Shown in pieces: positions 58,848 to 64,000 of a stretch of 64,000 nt of DNA. Position 1 is the first letter of the stretch. Each line of letters opens with the position of its first letter. Origin of the DNA: Podarcis muralis (taxonomy: Eukaryota). Location: positions 8,618,001 to 8,682,000 of the forward strand of contig NC_135667.1 of assembly GCF_964188315.1 (NCBI RefSeq). Reading direction: 5' to 3'. The translations under genes and the position numbers were made by a program. Below the pieces are notes generated by a model, which saw only the letters and a list, made by a program, of their open reading frames with translations, searched no databases and had not been told where the DNA came from.

Positions 58848-60505
58848 TTTAATCATAGTTACTAAGGACCAAATTTTCTCAATCCATTCAGTTATAGCAG
58901 AAGATATGCCCCCCCCCCCCGAATTTTAGCTATTATAATAATAGCAGCAGCAGCAGTTATAACTGGAAGATTTTGTAACATTTTTTGTAAGATTCACAGT
59001 TATTATGAATGTATAACGTTGATAGGCAGAGCCCAGGGGTGGGGGAATGAGATGGTTCATCACCCCTTTTAAGCCAATGTGATAACACAGAGTGCTCCAG
59101 TAATTGGTCTGAATGGAAGACTCTGTCCTGAATCCCAGCTAGGGAGCTGATGGGCCATAGAACTTTAAATGGTGGATTGGGGGCAGCTAAGTAGATCAGT
59201 CTCTTGACTCTAACCCAGGCATGACCCTGTTCAACATCAAGCTTCAACCAGGAGGCTGACTCAGGACACATAGACAATACCTAAGTCTACCTATATTCAG
59301 AATCAAAAAAGTTGTGGCCATTTTCAACTCCAGAACATTGTTTATTTTTTTCTCCATCTGTCTCCAGGGCACACTGTGCAATATCTAATGTAAAAAGGTA
59401 GGGAGTGGTTTAAAAACAGCAGGGGAGAGCAGGCACCATCTCGTCCTCAGGATTGTGGGTGCCCGCCACCACACATGGGCATGCAACATCACGCAGCAGT
59501 GAGTCACCCTTTTCTCCATGGAGGGACTGGAACTCAGAGGCAGGGAGACTCTAACTTCACACCAGAGCCCTACTCCCAGGGAAAGGATGCCTTGCTGGTT
59601 GGCTGTGATGTGCAGACCTGAACTCCTTCTCTCACTTTCTTCATTGATTTTGTGGATGCCAGGCCCCCACAATTATATTATTTTGGGTGTTCAAACACCC
59701 ACAGCTCCCTGGAGTTGGCTCCTATGGGGGAGGGAGAACTGTGTGCAGTGCTTAAAGTTTGTGTCTGGCCCACAGCACTGTCCCCCTGTTTCATCGTTAG
59801 TTTCTGTTTGCCGCTGAGCAGCTGCTTAGAGTCACAAGGCTCTGTTTACACTCCAGACACCTTCCATACTGTTGGAAGTCTCACGGGATGGGACACGGAT
59901 GTGACCTTAGTGGTTTCCTGTTCCTTTGTTCCTCTGTAAGAACCTTTCTGATATCCTAGAAAGATACCATGCAAACCATGTTTGCCTAACTTTGCTTAAA
60001 GTTTGTGTCTGGCCCACAGCACTGTCCCTCTGTTTCATATCCTGAGTTTTTGCCTGCCTGGAATATATCATTGAACAGTGATGATGTCTCCTGGTGGTTT
60101 GAATGGGAATAGGGATGAGTGTGTGAGAGAGGGTAAAAAATAGACACTATAAATTAGTAAAAATTGCTTCCGGTATCCTGCCCATTTTTACCTCTAGTTC
60201 CACCCACCCTAGCAATTGGCCTTCAGATGGTTACTGAGAAGGGAATTCAGACCTCACGCTGAAAGGTTTGCCATCCCTCCAGTTCAGCAAGTGAGTCAAG
60301 CCACTTAAAAAAATAACACCTTAACTATATAGAGTAGTCTTGATTCCCATTCGCTTGGAGAGAAACAGAGTTGGGAAATGGCATTTATCTCAAAATTTAG
60401 CAATGACTTCACTCTGAGTTTTCTGTCATCCATTTGCCATGGAGAAGTCCTTCGCTCAACTCTTCTGCCTCTAAGGAGGAGAACTGTGAGTAAAAAAGCC
60501 AAAGA

Positions 60506-60665
60506 GCCACTCAGAATCTGAACTCTGAAAAGTCATTCATAATCGCACCCAGCAATTACCCAAATGACGGCAATTTCTTCATCAGCTCAAACCTCCAGAT
60601 GCTTCCCAGAAACAGCTAGAAAACAACAATCAAGCCTGAAAGTGCTTATAACTAACCCTGTGTAC
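60506..60665 (+). promoter_or_regulatory. Conserved V2R upstream block with a TATA-like element (gene G)
   Basis: Same motif series as upstream of B and C. TATAA at 60647-60651. Confidence 0.55.
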
Positions 60666-60891
60666 TGAGACATGGGGTTGGGGCCAGAGGCAGTCAGGGT
60701 CCTAGAAATTAAATTTCTGATTTTGAAATCACTGGTTGTATTCAAAGAATGCATCTGTTACACTTTGATTAAATGCAGCACGCACTCTCTGTAACAGGGC
60801 TGGGTTAAGTGAGCCATACATCATCAAATGTAGCCTTTTCTAAGGCAGCTAGGATGGGTGAACACAAAAGAGTCTTCGTTCAGAAGGAAGC

Positions 60892-63800
60892 ATGGCGGTC
60901 AGGATGTTGCTGCTATTGTTGTTGCTGTTTCTAATACTTCATGTTTCTAATCCTTCTAATACTTTCAGGTGTCCTGTGAATGATCCCATTCCTGTTCCAC
61001 ATGAGTGGTACCAGCCAGGGGACATCATCATTGGTGGAATTGTTTCTCATATCTATTATGTTTCCCATGAAATTTTGTTCAATGAACACCCAACACAGAA
61101 CCTGTTCGATATTTCAGCGTAAGAATCTACCAAGCCCCTAACATTCCTTCAAAACACATTTCCTTTTCTCTCATATCTTATAGTCAAGAATACTAAGGAG
61201 AGGAGTATCTTATAATTGACATTTGTAACAGCAATTGAATCATCAATTTTCATTGATCTGCATGTTGTTTATTAGCTTAGATGCATTGATAAGAAATAAA
61301 AGAAACTCATTTCAGTATCAATTAATTTGAAAAAGAAAGCTGTAAAGTATTGTGGTATTTTAATTTTTGTAATTCCTTTACTTTATTTGCAGTGTGGTGA
61401 CCAAATTCTACCAACATGTTCTAGCTTTGGCATTTGCTGTGAAAGAAATAAATGAGAAGCCCAACATTTTGCACAATGTCACTTGGCTTCCACATCTACG
61501 ACAGCTATTATGATGCAAGGATGACCTACCGTACTACTTTAGACCTCCTCTTCAAATTGTGGAAATTTATCCCCAACTACAAATGTGACACACGGAAAAA
61601 CCTCATAGCCATCATTGGAGGACTTGGCTCTGATACCTCCTTCCATATGGCAGATACATTAGGTCTCTTCAAGATTCCCCAGGTAAGATATTTGGGATTT
61701 GTCTTTTTTTCCTTTCTGAGCTGTATGCAATGGGGTTTTTTTTCCTACTTAGAAAAAAAATTGTGCTTTGAGTGAAACTTTAGAGTAAATATTACCTGAT
61801 GTGTCTACTCTGAGTAGAAAAATGAGTCTACTTGCAATACAATTTAGTTGGGTACAACCTTACACCTTTATCCCCTTTTTGCTGTACGTTTCTTTTTTAT
61901 TGATCTGCTCAAATCACAAATCAAAATGCCATTTTCAAAGAAGCTTAGAAAAGCCATCAAAGGAAGAATCATTCAATTAAACCTATAAATGGCTTGAAAT
62001 AATATTTGTTGAATAAAGAGTTACCTTGAACAGAAGAAATTAATTTCACGTAACTACAAAACATATTTACATTTTCTTATAGCTTTCATATGGTTCCTTT
62101 CCTCCAGAGGAGAGTGACACAACTCAATCCCCATCCTTTTATCGCATGGTGCCCAATGAAGCCCACCAGTACATTGGGATTATCAGCTTGCTTAAGCATT
62201 TTGGATGGACTTGGGTTGGACTTTTTGCTCCTAATGATTACAGTGGAGAAAATTTCATCAAGAACCTGGAGCCGTTGCTTTCTGAAAATGGAATTTGTTC
62301 AGCCTTTACTCAAAGAATCCCACAACAAATCCGTCTTGACCACCTGGATGAAATGTGTGATGTAGCCATAAACATGAATGTACCCTTCACAGAAAAGGAA
62401 GTCACTACATTTATTGTCTATGGAGACCCTCTAACAATTATAGTGCTGAGAGGTATTATATTTTTGCGAGACCCTTCAAACAGGGAAAACACAGGATTCA
62501 AAAAGCTGTGGATCTTCACAGCCCAGACTGATTTCATATTAACAGAACTCTGTAGATTTTTGGATTTTCAGCTCTTCCAAGGTGCCATATCCTTCACAAT
62601 TCATTCACAAAATCTTCTAGTATTCAAAGAATTTCTTCAAAGCATAAACCCTTCCTGGACCCAGAGAGGTTTCTTCAAAGTCTTCTGGGAGCAAGCATTT
62701 GGCTGTATATTTCCAAATGCCAGTGCACCAATGGACACCAATGAAGTGTGTACTGGGAAGGAGAGCTTGGATAGTCTTCCAAGGTCTCTATTTGAAATGG
62801 AGTTAGCTGGCCACAGTTACAGTATCTACAATGCTGTTTATGTGGTGGCTCATGTTTTGAATGCCATATACTTGTCTAGATCCAAGCAAAGACCAATGAA
62901 GAGCAGTGGAAGATTAAAACTTCAAAATATTCGGGCTTGGCAGGTAATGCTTTACAAATGAATAGCAACAAGAAATATGTTTCTTTCATGGAATTAATAA
63001 GTACAATCTAAGATTTCATCAACATTTTCATGCAAAAGTAATGTGTAATAGCATAGCTCAATTACTATAGTGACAAAGTTTTGTGTTTTTACATTTGCTC
63101 CTGTTTATTTGGCTTAAAAAAATATTTTCCTACTGAATGCATAACAAAATTTCCATCTATTGTGTCTTTACCCCCATCCTTACATTCATGAAGTTTTCCA
63201 CAAACAATTACCTGCTGCCTTATGGTCAATACTTCTTCTAGTATATATTTCTTTATTTACCTCATTCTTACTATAAAATAAAAAGGGCTTCTGAATTTCT
63301 GTTTGTCGGTAACATCAAAAACATTATATAAAATATTCACCGAAGTATTATCTACTTTCTCTTAGGCAATATTTCCCTAATCTTCCAACAGAAATGTCTC
63401 AGATTAATTCTCCCAGAAAGTAGCTCACACACCAGTTGTAAATTTGCACCGGCACTCAGGGAAACGTCCCTCAATCATAAATTATAAACTACTCAGACAT
63501 AGCCTTCTGCAGGCTGATTCCCCATTCAGGCTTTCACATGGCTTTTGAGCAATATATTGGTTCATCTGCTCTTATGTCACTTATCCCTATCTTGGTTCAC
63601 AGAAGCAGATAGGTTCCCAGTCTCCCAGCATAGAAAATGACTTTTTCAGAGCATCGGATGTTCATCCCCTGTTAGATATTCATCCGCCATCTGCTGTGTC
63701 AAAGCAGCTTATTTTTAAAACTTCCTCTATGGAAAGTGAATCTACAGTACTGTATCTAAATAATGCTCATAAAGGTGATTGTAAATCATGGTAGTTAGTT

Positions 63801-64000
63801 CAACACCTCCATTATGTTTCCGCCCCTTATCTCTCTTTTTCCCTTTCAATTAGCTGCACCATTTTCTTCCTGCCATTTCATTTAACAACTCAGCTGGAGA
63901 AAGAGTGTCCTTTACTAATAAAAGAGAAATGGGAGGTAAATTTGACATCACGAACATGCTCACCTTCCCAAACAAGTCCTTCCTTCGAGTGAAGGTTGGA
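60892..64000 (+). pseudogene. V2R: V2R gene G, frameshifted in exon 2; runs off the window in exon 4
   Basis: Exons: 60892-61118, 61393-61682 (290 nt vs 292 in paralogs), 62083-62943, 63854 to the window end. A 2-nt deletion near 61481-61485 (gtcacttggcttc vs gtcacacttggcttc) gives TGA at 61511-61513. Confidence 0.88.

Overview
Eukaryotic (vertebrate) genomic DNA from a squamate reptile. A lacertid lizard is inferred from the Sauria/Squam1 and Squam3-type SINEs. The window is a tandem and inverted cluster of vomeronasal type-2 receptor (V2R, class C GPCR) genes with the canonical 6-exon layout (exons of about 215, 292, 864, 228, 127 and 900 nt, all checked introns GT-AG). Seven loci occur in the order A> B> C> <D' <E <F G>. 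B, E and F have complete open CDSs (873-874 aa). A is open over exons 2-6, with exon 1 upstream of the window. C carries one nonsense codon, G a 2-nt frameshift, and D' is an orphan exon 1 with a stop. Introns and spacers hold many transposons: an intact single-ORF L2 LINE (APE+RT, 1010 aa), a young 5'-inverted Penelope-like element (GIY-YIG) whose terminal repeat has a minimal hammerhead-ribozyme motif, BovB, L1, CR1 and L2 fragments, Sauria and Squam3 SINEs, solo LTRs, and Tc1/mariner and hAT MITEs. The most notable observations are the hammerhead motif with a cleavage-site mutation in one copy, a same-phase acidic ORF opening at nucleotide 2 of three solo LTRs, three independent TE insertions into the same short 3'UTR motif of paralogous V2Rs, an 80-bp palindromic MITE, and a mirror-like or mosaic cluster architecture. 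No wholly new system could be demonstrated from sequence alone. All coordinates were read by eye and no database searches were run.
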